DNA of 64,000 nucleotides from Candidatus Taylorbacteria bacterium RIFCSPHIGHO2_12_FULL_45_16 (GCA_001821055.1 MHRT01000001.1:27868-91867), one strand, 5' to 3'; shown: positions 19,145 to 30,124, counted from the stretch's first letter. Translations and numbers: made by a program. The notes: a model not told the origin generated them from the letters alone.

Positions 19145-21109
19145 CTAAAAATCAATAAATAACGCTTTTGCTCCAGTTGGTTTTTCCGGAGGAGCTTGTT
19201 CTTCTATCAAATCTTGTCCAATGTCAGAGATAAATTCCGAAGGGGTATTTACTCTTTGCGCCCCATAGACTGTGCGAATCAGGGTATGACTCAAATGTAC
19301 CTTGTTTCGAGCGCGCGTCAATGCCACGTAGAATAGGCGTCGCTCTTCCTCGGCCTCCGCTGAGCTAATTCCAGCATCATCAAGGTGTTTGAAAGGAAAG
19401 AGGTCCTGCTCCAATCCGGCGATGAAAACTTGGTCAAATTCAAGGCCTTTTGAGGCGTGGACAGTCATGAGTTTTACTGCATCCCGATCCTTTACCAGAT
19501 CGTCCTGGTCGCTGGCAAGCGCGGCATTTTCAAGAAATTTCTCGATGCCAGGGAAAACAAAGTCCGACCTTAAGGTCGGACTTTGTTTTTCCTCATCATA
19601 CTGCGCCGCGACGGTCACCAATTCCCTGATGTTAAGCAGGCGTTCTTCATCCTCCGCGTCGCCACTCATAAGTAATTGTTCCATTCCAGTTTCTTTGATG
19701 ACGAATTTTACCACTTCTGATGGTTTCTTTTGCCGGATTTCCAGTTGGATATCATCAAGGAGTTTCCAAAAACCATCAATTTTGATTTTCATGGTCGGCG
19801 GCAGCAGTTCCGGTCTTTCAGACATGATCTTGGCAACCGTCGCTTTGCCTATTCCACGTGCTGGTACATTGATGATTCGGCCGACATCACCCCAAGATTC
19901 CCTGTTCAAAGCTGCGCGAATATACGACAGAACATCCTTGATCTCTTTCCGCTCGAAGAATCTCACGCCGACTAGTTGATAGGGGATGTTTTTCTTAATG
20001 AATGCTTCTTCAATGGCCCGTGATTGAAAATTCGCGCGATATAGGACCGCGATATTCCGTGGCGGTATCCCTTTTTCAATCAAATCACGCGCAGTGTCGG
20101 CGATATTTCGCGCCTCATCAAGTTCCGTATACGAAGCATTAAGTCCAATTTTTTCCCCATCAATGTTGTCAGTGTACAGTGTTTTCTTTTTTCGCAACAA
20201 ATTCTTCTCGATTACGCTATTTGCCGCGGCCAGGATGGTTTTTGTCGAACGATAATTTTTTTCCAGAGCAATGATGGCTGTTTCGGGATAATCTTTCTCA
20301 AAATTCAAGATATTCTCGATTGTTGCCCCGCGCCAACTGTAAATATTCTGATCCACGTCGCCGACCACGCAAATATTTTTGTGCGTTCCGGCCAATAATT
20401 TTGTGATTACATACTGAACCTTATTTGTATCCTGATATTCGTCTACGTGGATATATTTCCAGATGTTTTGATAATGTTTTCGAAGGGGTTCATTTTTGGC
20501 AAGCAGTGCGACAGTTTCTGAGAGGAGGTCATCAAAATCCAAAGCCTTTTCTTTTGTCAAAATTATCTCATATTTTTCCCAAATTTGAGCTGCCAATTCC
20601 TCCATGTAACTTTTTGTCGCATCAAAATACTCGAGTCGACTGATATTATCTCCCTTGGCTCGCGAAATCATGTTGAGTATTGTTCCAGGATCGAATTGTT
20701 TTGGGTCAATGGAACACTCTTGCATGGCTTGTTTTATCGCTCGACGAGAGTCGGAACGGTCGAAAATAGTGAAATGTTTGGTCAGGCCAAGTATAGCCGC
20801 GTTTTCTCGAATAATATGCACACCCAAAGCGTGAAAGGTACTCACAAAAGGACGCTCTCGTATTGAGATAGGTAGATTCAGACTCACGTCTTCGGTGAGC
20901 AGGTTCTCGATTCGGTCCCGCATTTCTTTTGCCGCTTTGTTGGTGAAGGTTATAGCCAAAATATTGGATGGGGATACGCCTTTTCTGATCAAATTGAGAA
21001 TACGATAAGTAATAACCTTGGTTTTTCCCGATCCTGCCCCAGCGACGATCAAAACTGGTCCTTCTAGGGTATTGACTGCCTGTTGCTGAGCTTTGTTGAG
21101 GGTTGTCAT
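19145..21109 (-). CDS. uvrD: ATP-dependent DNA helicase UvrD/PcrA family
   Basis: The product carries the Q-motif, a Walker A AGAGSGKT, and helicase motifs conserved through to the C-terminus. Confidence 0.9.
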   Translation of the reverse strand: MTTLNKAQQQAVNTLEGPVLIVAGAGSGKTKVITYRILNLIRKGVSPSNILAITFTNKAAKEMRDRIENLLTEDVSLNLPISIRERPFVSTFHALGVHIIRENAAILGLTKHFTIFDRSDSRRAIKQAMQECSIDPKQFDPGTILNMISRAKGDNISRLEYFDATKSYMEELAAQIWEKYEIILTKEKALDFDDLLSETVALLAKNEPLRKHYQNIWKYIHVDEYQDTNKVQYVITKLLAGTHKNICVVGDVDQNIYSWRGATIENILNFEKDYPETAIIALEKNYRSTKTILAAANSVIEKNLLRKKKTLYTDNIDGEKIGLNASYTELDEARNIADTARDLIEKGIPPRNIAVLYRANFQSRAIEEAFIKKNIPYQLVGVRFFERKEIKDVLSYIRAALNRESWGDVGRIINVPARGIGKATVAKIMSERPELLPPTMKIKIDGFWKLLDDIQLEIRQKKPSEVVKFVIKETGMEQLLMSGDAEDEERLLNIRELVTVAAQYDEEKQSPTLRSDFVFPGIEKFLENAALASDQDDLVKDRDAVKLMTVHASKGLEFDQVFIAGLEQDLFPFKHLDDAGISSAEAEEERRLFYVALTRARNKVHLSHTLIRTVYGAQRVNTPSEFISDIGQDLIEEQAPPEKPTGAKALFIDF

Positions 21110-21407
21110 TTGGTTAGTGTATCAGAAAAACTCAAGATGGACCCATAATTGTTACAAATTTATCCTTAGTCAGTTTAATTATTGGTTTGAATATTCATAC
21201 TTTTTGTCACATTACTTGACATTAGAGCAAGTTTTGTGACTGTGTATATCTGTTATTGACAATGCTTCTCTACCTGCTACTCTGGATAAGTACCCTAACT
21301 GGTATATGTGCTAATGTGGCTTTACAGAGCCACTTATGCTTTATAACTGGGGGCACCGCGCGAAGGACAGACTGCCATGGTTGACTTGCAGAAGTGAGAT
21401 ATATGTT

Positions 21408-22472
21408 ATGCAATTTCCGTCCCTATCAACAACAAAATACTCAACTGCTTCCAAGCGTCTCGTTATTTGGACAGCGGCTTTTCTGTTATTTGTGATTGGA
21501 ATATTGATGTATTCAAAGACCGCTCACGCCGGTCTTATTTCGTACATGCAAACTATGTTTGGCGGTGGTCGTGTTTCCGCCAAGGTCATCCAAAACCAAA
21601 TCTACTCCGATTCGCGAAATTTGGCGCTCCTTCATTCGGCGGTTAGCTATGATCCAAATCCGGAAAAGCCATCAGGAGTTTCTCCCGTCGTGGGTAATAC
21701 ACTTGTGGCCGATGCTGTCTTATCTGAAGCCGTTGAAGATACGACAAGCACTCAAATTAGTTCGTATACAGTGCGTGATGGAGATACGATTTCGGGCATC
21801 GCAAAGATGTTTGGTGTTTCTGTCAATACAGTCATGTGGGCCAACAATATAAGTCGCGCATCAGCTCTTCGTGTCGGTCAGGACTTGATAATTCTGCCGG
21901 TCACCGGGATAAATTATACCCTTCAAAAAGGAGACACGATCAAAGGTATCGCGTTGAAATACAAGGCTGATGTTGATGAAATACTTCGATATAATGATCT
22001 TTCTTTAAATTCCACTCTCATTGTCGGACAAAACATCATTATTCCCGACGCAGAATTACAAATAGTTGTTCCAACTAAAGGCGTAGTTAAGAATAATCCC
22101 GCGCACAACACAAACGGTCCCGATTACGGAAATTACTATATTCGTCCGGTTCAGGGCGGCGTAAAAACCCAAGGACTTCATGGATATAATGGCATAGACA
22201 TCGCAAGTCCTGTCGGTACGCCGATATATGCTTCAGCCGCCGGAAAAGTTCTTGTCAGCATAAGCGGTGGTTGGAATGGCGGGTACGGGAATTTGGTTAT
22301 CATCTCGCATGACAATGGAACCCAAACTTTGTATAGCCATCTCTCCAAAAATCTTGTTAAGGTCGGTCAATATGTGGAACAAAATCAAAGGATTGCCTTT
22401 ATGGGAGCGACCGGCAAAGTAACTGGACCACATCTGCATTTTGAGATTCGCGGAGCGAAAAATCCATTCTGA
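21408..22472 (+). CDS. LysM-domain M23 metallopeptidase
   Basis: The product has an N-terminal TM, two LysM repeats (YTVRDGDTISGIA and YTLQKGDTIKGIA) and a C-terminal M23 motif GPHLHFEIR. I placed the start at the internal ATG at 21408. Confidence 0.8.
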   Translation: MQFPSLSTTKYSTASKRLVIWTAAFLLFVIGILMYSKTAHAGLISYMQTMFGGGRVSAKVIQNQIYSDSRNLALLHSAVSYDPNPEKPSGVSPVVGNTLVADAVLSEAVEDTTSTQISSYTVRDGDTISGIAKMFGVSVNTVMWANNISRASALRVGQDLIILPVTGINYTLQKGDTIKGIALKYKADVDEILRYNDLSLNSTLIVGQNIIIPDAELQIVVPTKGVVKNNPAHNTNGPDYGNYYIRPVQGGVKTQGLHGYNGIDIASPVGTPIYASAAGKVLVSISGGWNGGYGNLVIISHDNGTQTLYSHLSKNLVKVGQYVEQNQRIAFMGATGKVTGPHLHFEIRGAKNPF

Positions 22473-22496
22473 ACAAGCGAAAAATAGATCCACCTC

Positions 22497-24026
22497 TCAG
22501 ATATTTTCACGGTATTGAAGTGCTTCGAGCACGAATTCTTTTTCAACGCAATCTTTGCCAGCCAAATCGGCGATAGTTTGAGCGACTTTGATGACTCGAT
22601 GGAACGCTCTGCCAGACAGGCTTAATTTCTCAGCTGATATTCTAAGGATATTTCGGGCGGATTCATCAATTTGCACATATTTTTCAATATCTTCGGCACC
22701 CATTTCACTGTTGTAGTATATATGCCTGTCATGCGCGTGAAAGCGGTTTACTTGGCGCGTTCGGGCCGAAATAATTCGGGAGCGAATCGTCTCCGACCGC
22801 TCCGCCTCGTAATGAGAAGCCGCCAAACGATTATAATCAATTTTTGCCACAGAAATCCAAATGTCAATGCGGTCCATTATTGGTTTTGAAAGGCGTTGCC
22901 TATAGCAAGCTATGACTCTCTCCGAACAGGTGCATCCGGCGTCTTTGCCGAGCCCGCATGGGCACGGATTCATGGAGGCTATCAGCATGCATTGTGCTGG
23001 GAATGTGAGCGTGCCGCGTGCGCGAGATATGGTGATGATCCTATCTTCAAGCGGTTGTCTGAGAGCTTCCAATACATCCCGATCAAATTCGGGCAACTCA
23101 TCCAAATACAACACGCCACGGTGAGCCAGTGTTATTTCCCCTGGTTTTGGAAAACTGCCACCCCCGATGATTGATGGATATGAAGCGGTATGATGCGGCG
23201 CGCGAAACGGAGGATGTGTTATGAGTTCTGATCCGAGCATTCGAGCGGCTGAATGTATACCAGTGACTTCTACGGCTTGTTCGTATGAGAGTCTTGGAAG
23301 TATTGAACGCGCACTTTTGGCCAGCATTGTTTTTCCGGTACCCGGAGGTCCGCACATAATAATATTATGCGCTCCTGCCATCGCTATTTCGAGACCTCGT
23401 TTGGCAGTCTCATTGCCACGTATGTGTGCCATGTCCGGCTCATATGTTTGAGTTTCTTCATTTTCCGGTATGACCGCGTGAATTAATGGCTTGAGATGCT
23501 TCGCGTGCACGCAATGATCTATGATGTCACGCATAGAAGAGATGGCATACAATGTCATATCTTGCACCAGTGAAGCCTCGGTACTGTTGTCTCTTGGTAT
23601 AAACGCCGTGGTGAATCCATGCTTTTTCGCTTGACACAAAATGGGCAGAATGCCGCTGACTTTGCGCACACTTCCGTCAAGTGATAATTCTCCCAGGAAC
23701 AGTTTTCTCTCGGCGTCAAGTTCTAGATGTTCGGCGGCCGAGACATAGGCCAACGCCATGGCCAAATCGAACGAAGGTCCCTCTTTGCGCATATCGGCCG
23801 GGGCCAAAGATATAGTTACTTTTTGATTTTTTTGTTTTGGCGATATATACCCACTATTTTTTATCGCGGCCGATATCCGGTCCTTGGCTTCATCAATGGC
23901 ACGATCGCCAAGTCCGACGATGGAAAATGAATGAAGACCATTGGAGATGTCTATCTCAATGGTTATGATTTCCATGCGCAAGCCGATAAGTTGAGCGCTA
24001 TAAGTTTTTGTTATCGCCATACCCAA
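22497..24026 (-). CDS. comM: YifB/ComM family Mg-chelatase-like AAA+ ATPase
   Basis: The product carries a Walker A GPPGTGKTMLA, a Lon-like N-domain and a ChlI-like core. It is 509 aa. Confidence 0.85.
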   Translation of the reverse strand: MGMAITKTYSAQLIGLRMEIITIEIDISNGLHSFSIVGLGDRAIDEAKDRISAAIKNSGYISPKQKNQKVTISLAPADMRKEGPSFDLAMALAYVSAAEHLELDAERKLFLGELSLDGSVRKVSGILPILCQAKKHGFTTAFIPRDNSTEASLVQDMTLYAISSMRDIIDHCVHAKHLKPLIHAVIPENEETQTYEPDMAHIRGNETAKRGLEIAMAGAHNIIMCGPPGTGKTMLAKSARSILPRLSYEQAVEVTGIHSAARMLGSELITHPPFRAPHHTASYPSIIGGGSFPKPGEITLAHRGVLYLDELPEFDRDVLEALRQPLEDRIITISRARGTLTFPAQCMLIASMNPCPCGLGKDAGCTCSERVIACYRQRLSKPIMDRIDIWISVAKIDYNRLAASHYEAERSETIRSRIISARTRQVNRFHAHDRHIYYNSEMGAEDIEKYVQIDESARNILRISAEKLSLSGRAFHRVIKVAQTIADLAGKDCVEKEFVLEALQYRENI

Positions 24027-24135
24027 ACAATATCAGAGAGCGATAAAGAAACGCTGAAGAAGCGATAAAGTTTTGCTGGAGTTGTCTTTTCAGGTCCAAT
24101 TTACACGAATATTTTCAAGCGTGATGGTAAATAAA

Positions 24136-24507
24136 TTAAGGATGCGTGTGTTTGATTGAGATTCTAGCTGAAGGATTGGCCAGAAGGCGGTCTTCCTCAA
24201 TCGGTTTTCCGCAAATTTCACATATGCCGTACGTCCCTTTTTCTATGCGTTCAAGAGCCGCGGAGACTTCCGTTAGCTGTTTCTCGAGCTGGTCGACAAT
24301 ACCCGTGTTGTCTTCCAGCTCCTCAAGCTTATCTGCCACCTCATTTTCGTCGGCTGCGTCTATCTCCATACTGCCAGTCGTGGCTTCCCAACCGCCGGCG
24401 CTTGATGGGTCACGGTGACCGATACCTCCCAGCTGACTTTCCAGGTCGGTTTTTTCCGAGAGCAGTTTCTTTTTTGCCTGTTCGATCATTTTTATATTCA
24501 TGGGCAT
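24136..24507 (-). CDS. DksA/TraR family C4-type zinc-finger protein
   Basis: The product has a coiled coil followed by a CEICGKPIEEDRL...C zinc finger. Confidence 0.75.
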   Translation of the reverse strand: MPMNIKMIEQAKKKLLSEKTDLESQLGGIGHRDPSSAGGWEATTGSMEIDAADENEVADKLEELEDNTGIVDQLEKQLTEVSAALERIEKGTYGICEICGKPIEEDRLLANPSARISIKHTHP

Positions 24508-24510
24508 ATC

Positions 24511-26001
24511 CTATCTTATAAAAGATTGTTTTTCAAGCTTGTTTAGTATTTCAATCAGGGTTGATTCTTTTTTGGTAAAAACCAGATGGGTATTGTCTAT
24601 GAATGAATACAGGAACAAAATCTCTCCAGTATCGGCGCGGAAAGCACGCACATCTTTGTTTTTGATGATGCGGTCCTCAAATCTTCCTCTGATAGTCAGG
24701 TATTGTCTAAGCGGCTCAACGATCTCCACAGTTGAAGACCCTGTGGTATTTGTTGATGTGGCGAGTATCAAGATGCTGGTGTTTGTGGCCGTCGCCGTGC
24801 CTGCTAACGGCAATATAGAATCAATGCCGATGAGCATATTGTTAGTTGTTGTCGAAATCGGAGTTGGGTTGTTGGATATGCCGACTATCGTGTCAGAGTA
24901 CAAGTATTGTCTAAGGTCATCGGCCATCACTCTTTCCCATTGCAACATGCCGGCAAAAGCATTCTGGAAGAAATTTGTCGTACCCACAATAAAAATATTC
25001 TTATTGTTATTTATATCGTTGTATACTCCGAACATCCAACTCTCAGCCAGTGATCGAGACAAAATATCAGGAGCGTTGATTTCAAATGTTTTGATTATGT
25101 CGGGCGCTGAAACGCGGCTGAGGGATCCAGTCGCGTCTTTTTTGGTGATGATGAATTCAATGATCGTGTCTGGTGTTCGTATTCCACTGATTTCATTCAA
25201 GATATGTCGACGAATTGACATCGGATTTTGGTTGTCTATCGTTATAACGATTTGGTCTACAGATGGAATGAAACCAGGGGTCGCTTTTTGCGGTTGAACG
25301 GCCGGAATTATCGGGGCCAAGGCGCTATTGCTGTAGAGATAATATGCGCCATACGCTCCGCCAACAAGTAACAGCAGACCAACAATGGTCATCGTGATTT
25401 TTCTTCCAATATGACTCGGGACCTCGTCGCTGATTATTTCGCTTCCCTGTTGTTTTTGACTTTCGGCTATGGCAATGGAAGCAGTTGATATTTTTTTGTG
25501 TGACATTACTTCGGCAACGTCACTTTCGTAAGTGCGTACGGGTTTGGCTATATTTTGAGGTGTGGCTTCCGGTATTTGTCTGTTTTGTTGAGGGATTTCA
25601 GGGACTTTGGCAAATTGGGTGGGTTGTGCTTCTGGTTTTTGAGTGGGAATTGGGATGAGACTGGGAGTTTGTTTTGCAGAAAAGTCTTTTGGCGCGGCGA
25701 CATTGGCTGTCTCTGGTTTCACAAACCCCCGATATTGCTGAACGCCGGCGACTTGTGTGGCCGGAGCAAAAGGGCTTGGATCAAATGTGCCGATTTTCTG
25801 GTCCAGCAGTTCAGTTTTCGGTTGCGGTGCCGGTGATTTTTGCGGTGCCGGTGTTTGTTTGATGAAATCTTCGCTTGATATGGGAGAAATACTGTCTTCT
25901 GAAATGTCAAAAATATGTTCGGCTGAATTTCCGCTACCATTACCGACCGCTGGTTCGTCGGGCGGTTTGGAATTATTTGGTTGAAGATCTTGTAGATCCA
26001 T
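24511..26001 (-). CDS. Hypothetical membrane protein with a Pro-rich N-terminal region
   Basis: The 496-aa product has a Pro/Gln-rich N-terminal part and one TM segment (TMTIVGLLLLVGGAYGAYYLY). Confidence 0.5.
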   Translation of the reverse strand: MDLQDLQPNNSKPPDEPAVGNGSGNSAEHIFDISEDSISPISSEDFIKQTPAPQKSPAPQPKTELLDQKIGTFDPSPFAPATQVAGVQQYRGFVKPETANVAAPKDFSAKQTPSLIPIPTQKPEAQPTQFAKVPEIPQQNRQIPEATPQNIAKPVRTYESDVAEVMSHKKISTASIAIAESQKQQGSEIISDEVPSHIGRKITMTIVGLLLLVGGAYGAYYLYSNSALAPIIPAVQPQKATPGFIPSVDQIVITIDNQNPMSIRRHILNEISGIRTPDTIIEFIITKKDATGSLSRVSAPDIIKTFEINAPDILSRSLAESWMFGVYNDINNNKNIFIVGTTNFFQNAFAGMLQWERVMADDLRQYLYSDTIVGISNNPTPISTTTNNMLIGIDSILPLAGTATATNTSILILATSTNTTGSSTVEIVEPLRQYLTIRGRFEDRIIKNKDVRAFRADTGEILFLYSFIDNTHLVFTKKESTLIEILNKLEKQSFIR

Positions 26002-26020
26002 CGTCTAACATTATAGCTTA

Positions 26021-28225
26021 CTAGTACCTCTTCTTGAAGTCCTTTCTATGTCCGTGATCACCCATTGGCTTGGGCATTTCTTCCTTCTTGGTGAAGAAAT
26101 CAGGATTTGCGGACTTGATTGAAAGATTTAAACGACCCTTGTCATCAACTTCTTTGACCATAACAGGGACTTTGTCGCCTTCTTTGAGGTAAGTTTCTAC
26201 GCGTTCAACTCGGAATGGTGCGATTTCGGAGACATGGACTAGGCCTTCGGCATTCGGACCGATCTTCACAAAAGCGCCAAAGTCCATGAGGCGCACAACC
26301 TCCCCGTCGTATTTTTCTCCTGGCATGTATTCGCGTGTCATATTGAAGATAATTTCTCTGGCTTTAGCGGCGGTCTCGTTTTTACCGGTAATGAATATTG
26401 AACCGTCATCTTCAATGGTGATGTCATCCACATGAGTCACATCGCGAATTTCGTTTATAGTCTTGCCACCGGTACCGATGACTAGGCCGATTTGTTCGGG
26501 TTTGATCTTCATTACGAAGATTTCCGGAGCATTTGGTGAAATCTTTTCGCGCGGAGCTGGAATTTCTTTTTCTATGACATCCAAAATCTTGAAACGGGCG
26601 ACTTTCGCTTTTTCAAATGCCTCAACCAGTATTCCGAGTGGAATCCCTCCAACTTTTACATCCATCTGAACCGCTGTAATACCTTGTCGTGTCCCGGCAA
26701 CCTTGAAGTCCATGTCGCCATGATGGTCTTCAGGTCCTTGTATATCGGTCAAAACTTTATAATCGTAATTTTCAACTGCCCCCTTCCTTGCTTCCTTGCT
26801 TCCTTGCTTCCTTGCTTTTTCTTTCATCATCAAGCCAGAGGCAATCCCAGCCACCGGCGCTTTGATCGGAACGCCACCGTCCATGAGCGCCAGTGTTGAA
26901 CCGCAAACCGAACCCATGGAGGTGGAGCCGTTTGAAGCCATGGCTTCAGAAACGAGGCGGATTGTATATGGGAATTTGTCTTTGTCAGGGATGACCGCGG
27001 TCAACGCTTTTTCCGCCAGAGCGCCGTGGCCGATCATTCGGCGGTTGGTACTGCCGACGCGGCCGGTTTCACCGGTTGAGAATGGTGGGAAATTGTAATG
27101 GTGCATAAAACGCTTTTTTTCTTGGACAATCAGACCATCAATTACTTGCGCGTCGCCAGGACTGCCGAGCGTGAGAGCGGAAAGAATATGCGTGCCGCCG
27201 CGATAAAATATGCCTGATCCATGGAGAATAGGCGAAATTCCCCCAGCCTTGGCGAATAGCGGACGAACTTCATCCATACCGCGTCCATCCGCGCGTTTGT
27301 CGTTCCTGATCGCCTCGTCATGAAGCAAATCATTGACCGCTTCCTCAAATATTTCTTGTGCCATGCCGATATTTCCCTCTGGCATTTTCTCTGTGAACAA
27401 TTTGGTCCACACACCTTTGATTTCGTCAATTCTTTCATGGCCAGGTTGGTTGCCTATGACATACTGCTTTAGCCGAGGTTCCACCTCGGTATCAAAGAGT
27501 TCCTGCGTTCCAGGAGTCGGCTCAGGCAATGTCACCATCACCTTAGGTTTACCGATTTCAGAAATAATTTTATCCTGCCAGACCTGGACCTTCTCGATTT
27601 CTGTTGACGCGCGAGTCAGAGCTTCATTCATAATCGTCTCATCAACTTCTTTGCTAGCCACTTCTATCATATTTATCATGTTATCTTTGCCGCAGGCTAC
27701 CATTTCCATGACGACACCCGCCTCTTCGCGAGCTTTGAAGTCCGGATTGATTAGCCAATCTCCGTTTTTGCCGACGCGCACTGCGGAAACAGGTCCATTC
27801 CACGGGATATCAGAGACGCCCAAAGCAAGCGAAGCGGCGATGACGGAAACCACGTCGGGGTCGTCTTGGTCTATTGAAAGTGTTGTTATAATAACCTGCA
27901 CCTCATTGCGGATTTTTTGGTTGAATAATGGGCGAATAGTACGATCGACGATCCTTCCAGATAGAATTGCTTCTGTTGATGGCCGGCCCTCTCTGCGGAT
28001 GAATCGCGAACCGAGGATTTTACCGGTGGCGTAAAACCTTTCTTCATAATCAACGGTCAATGGGAAGAAGTCTCCATCTTTCAAATCGCCCATCACGGCA
28101 GTGGCTAGGACGGTGGTATTACCATAGCGAAGCATGACCGAGCCGTTGGCCTGATCTGCAAGGTCGTTGAACTCTGCGGTCAATGTCTTGCCGCCGACTT
28201 CAAGCGAGTATTCTTTTTTGTTCAT
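26021..28225 (-). CDS. pnp: Polynucleotide phosphorylase
   Basis: The 734-aa product has two RNase PH domains, a KH domain and a C-terminal S1 domain. It contains an in-frame (CCTTGCTT)x3 repeat and one copy of the 17-nt palindrome. Confidence 0.95.
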   Translation of the reverse strand: MNKKEYSLEVGGKTLTAEFNDLADQANGSVMLRYGNTTVLATAVMGDLKDGDFFPLTVDYEERFYATGKILGSRFIRREGRPSTEAILSGRIVDRTIRPLFNQKIRNEVQVIITTLSIDQDDPDVVSVIAASLALGVSDIPWNGPVSAVRVGKNGDWLINPDFKAREEAGVVMEMVACGKDNMINMIEVASKEVDETIMNEALTRASTEIEKVQVWQDKIISEIGKPKVMVTLPEPTPGTQELFDTEVEPRLKQYVIGNQPGHERIDEIKGVWTKLFTEKMPEGNIGMAQEIFEEAVNDLLHDEAIRNDKRADGRGMDEVRPLFAKAGGISPILHGSGIFYRGGTHILSALTLGSPGDAQVIDGLIVQEKKRFMHHYNFPPFSTGETGRVGSTNRRMIGHGALAEKALTAVIPDKDKFPYTIRLVSEAMASNGSTSMGSVCGSTLALMDGGVPIKAPVAGIASGLMMKEKARKQGSKEARKGAVENYDYKVLTDIQGPEDHHGDMDFKVAGTRQGITAVQMDVKVGGIPLGILVEAFEKAKVARFKILDVIEKEIPAPREKISPNAPEIFVMKIKPEQIGLVIGTGGKTINEIRDVTHVDDITIEDDGSIFITGKNETAAKAREIIFNMTREYMPGEKYDGEVVRLMDFGAFVKIGPNAEGLVHVSEIAPFRVERVETYLKEGDKVPVMVKEVDDKGRLNLSIKSANPDFFTKKEEMPKPMGDHGHRKDFKKRY
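26789..26815. repeat. Tandem 8-mer (CCTTGCTT) x3 inside pnp
   Basis: Three exact 8-nt units (24 nt) preserve the frame. They encode KEKARKQGSKEARKG, a likely insertion relative to other PNPases. Confidence 0.7.
27473..27489. repeat. 17-nt palindromic repeat, copy 3 (inside pnp)
   Basis: Exact CCGAGGTTCCACCTCGG. It encodes TEVEPR in the pnp frame. Confidence 0.9.
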
Positions 28226-28234
28226 AGTGTTTGT

Positions 28235-28251
28235 CCAAGGTTCGACCTCGG
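28235..28251. repeat. Degenerate copy of the 17-nt palindrome in the pnp 5' leader
   Basis: CCAAGGTTCGACCTCGG differs from the consensus at two positions. It lies 10 nt upstream of the pnp start codon. Confidence 0.5.
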
Positions 28252-28273
28252 AATTCGCCCCAAGATTTCAGCT

Positions 28274-28939
28274 TTGAATGAATCGCGCAACAGCGAGTGC
28301 CTTGCGGCGTTTCAAATCTGCCTATCCGGGGGCGAGTTAACTTGTAAAGTGCTGGGTGGACAGCGGAGGTACTGTAGCATGGTTTTTTGGGTTTTTCCAC
28401 TGGTTGCTTATATATTAATATTCAGGTATAAATCAAACAAATCTGAATTTTTTACAATGAATGCTGAAATTATCATCCCAACAGTTATTTTAAGTGCTGA
28501 CCGGTCGATGGTCTATAGACCGCCAATACGGATTCCAGAATGGGCTGTCGCTTGGGTATTTCCAGAGCTTCAACAAGTTGCTAGGCCAAAACTTGATCTT
28601 GGAAGGGTCACTTGTTTTTCTGAGTATTTTGTTGAAAAGGAAATTGTTCCCGGCTTTGAATTTTTCGAGCATCTCAAAAAGATGTCACTAATCAGTCGGT
28701 GCCTCAATTTTCCTGACGGCGTGTCAATTGCGGCTTATGAGTATTGTTGGTATGAGTTCAAAGCTAAAAGAGTTTTTCTCTGGCAATCGGTTGTTCACGA
28801 TGGCCACCAGAATCTCTTTGTGCCGTGGGTTCAGAATATTCGAGGTCAGATGCCGATTATCTACTGGCATTTGCTCGAACGTTTTTTCAGTCCTGGCTAC
28901 AACATCAATGTGAAAAATAGTTTGGGCCTTCTGGTTTGA
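28274..28939 (+). CDS. Hypothetical protein
   Basis: This 221-aa ORF has no recognisable motif. The true start may be an internal Met near 28457. Confidence 0.4.
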   Translation: MNESRNSECLAAFQICLSGGELTCKVLGGQRRYCSMVFWVFPLVAYILIFRYKSNKSEFFTMNAEIIIPTVILSADRSMVYRPPIRIPEWAVAWVFPELQQVARPKLDLGRVTCFSEYFVEKEIVPGFEFFEHLKKMSLISRCLNFPDGVSIAAYEYCWYEFKAKRVFLWQSVVHDGHQNLFVPWVQNIRGQMPIIYWHLLERFFSPGYNINVKNSLGLLV

Positions 28940-29151
28940 ATCTGTCGCTTGCACCCCGCGCTCCTTTGCAAAAACAGAGGCGCGCGGTTTTTATTTTACC
29001 CTCTTCAACGCCTTGATCACCTCATCGATAGGAACTCCACCTTTTCGGATCTTCGTAAAATCAATCACTGTTTTCCATTTACCCATTATTTTGCGATCGA
29101 TACTGACAACTTTTTTGTTATTCAAGTTTTTATTCATCTATAAATGTAAAA

Positions 29152-29988
29152 TTAAGATCGTTTCCCATTCAGTTTTTTATTCTCTACGTTCTTCAAATAA
29201 TTCCCCTTCGAAACCACCGATCTTCCTAGTCTTTCCTCAAGCTTCTTCCGTGCTCCACCGGCAATGTCACCGCCTGCTTTGGCGTCAGATTTCAATTTAG
29301 GTAGACCCTTTGAGTCTTCGGTGCGATGAATCTCTGTGGTTGCGCGTTCACCGAGCATGTTGAATATGAGTTCAAAATCATCCATGTGGTCGCGGAGATT
29401 TTCTCGTTCCAACCCCTTCAATTCTTTGTATTCTCTTGGAGTAACGCCGAATGTTGCCTTGGAAATTTCGGCAGTCAAGATTTCGTAGTCTTTTGCCTCT
29501 TGTGCGCCGCGGTTCTTCCGTTCGTTTGTTAATTCTTCACGGATAACTATGCCTCGCATGCGCTTTTCTATCCAAGAGTCGCTGTAGCCTTTTGATACAT
29601 ATAAGGCGCGGGTGCGTTTGGTTGCCAATTCAGGGTCTTCAATATCTTGGATACGTTCGTAGCCGACTCTTGCTAGCCAACGTTTGATCGATTCTACCTT
29701 GGGAGATGGTATGGATTGAACAATACGAAACATGGCTTAGGTATTGGCGCAGTCAGTTTCTCGCATTTTACCGTCGGGAGCTTCAAGTTTCAACTGTCTA
29801 CAAATTGTAGACAGTTCAATTCCATCTTCCAATTTAACCCTTGTTTTCATTGCATTCCAATAAACACGCGGGTTTTCACTTTCTGTAAGAGATTTGATTA
29901 TGTCGACAATAGAAAACCACCATTCGTCGTTGTGAATGATTCTACGTATCCCAATCCCCCTAAATAATACAATCTTGGTATTTTCCAT
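29152..29988 (-). pseudogene. dinD: DinD / Bro-N domain DNA-damage-inducible protein homolog interrupted by an in-frame TAA
   Basis: The N-terminal ORF (29737-29988) resembles a Bro-N domain. The C-terminal ORF (29152-29733) is DinD-like. Both are in the same frame and are separated only by a TAA at 29734-29736. Confidence 0.6.
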
Positions 29989-30065
29989 CCCCCAATTGTA
30001 TCACCCAAAAAATTCTTGGGAACTTCCGTGACACTATTTTTTATTTCGCAATGCTATGTTTTATG

Positions 30066-30094
30066 AAAAATACGGACCGAGCGCCCGTATTTTT
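30066..30094. terminator. Bidirectional intrinsic terminator-like hairpin
   Basis: The sequence AAAAATACGG-ACCGAGCGC-CCGTATTTTT has an A-run on one side and a T-run on the other. Confidence 0.5.
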
Positions 30095-30124
30095 CAGTTG
30101 TTAACAAGTTGTAAACACCTTCTC

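Noticed and set aside
19389-19979. 196-aa plus-strand ORF and other long ORFs inside uvrD, pnp, hppA and nusA on the opposite strand
   Set aside because: These are antisense shadows of highly conserved genes, with Ser/Arg-rich low-complexity translations.
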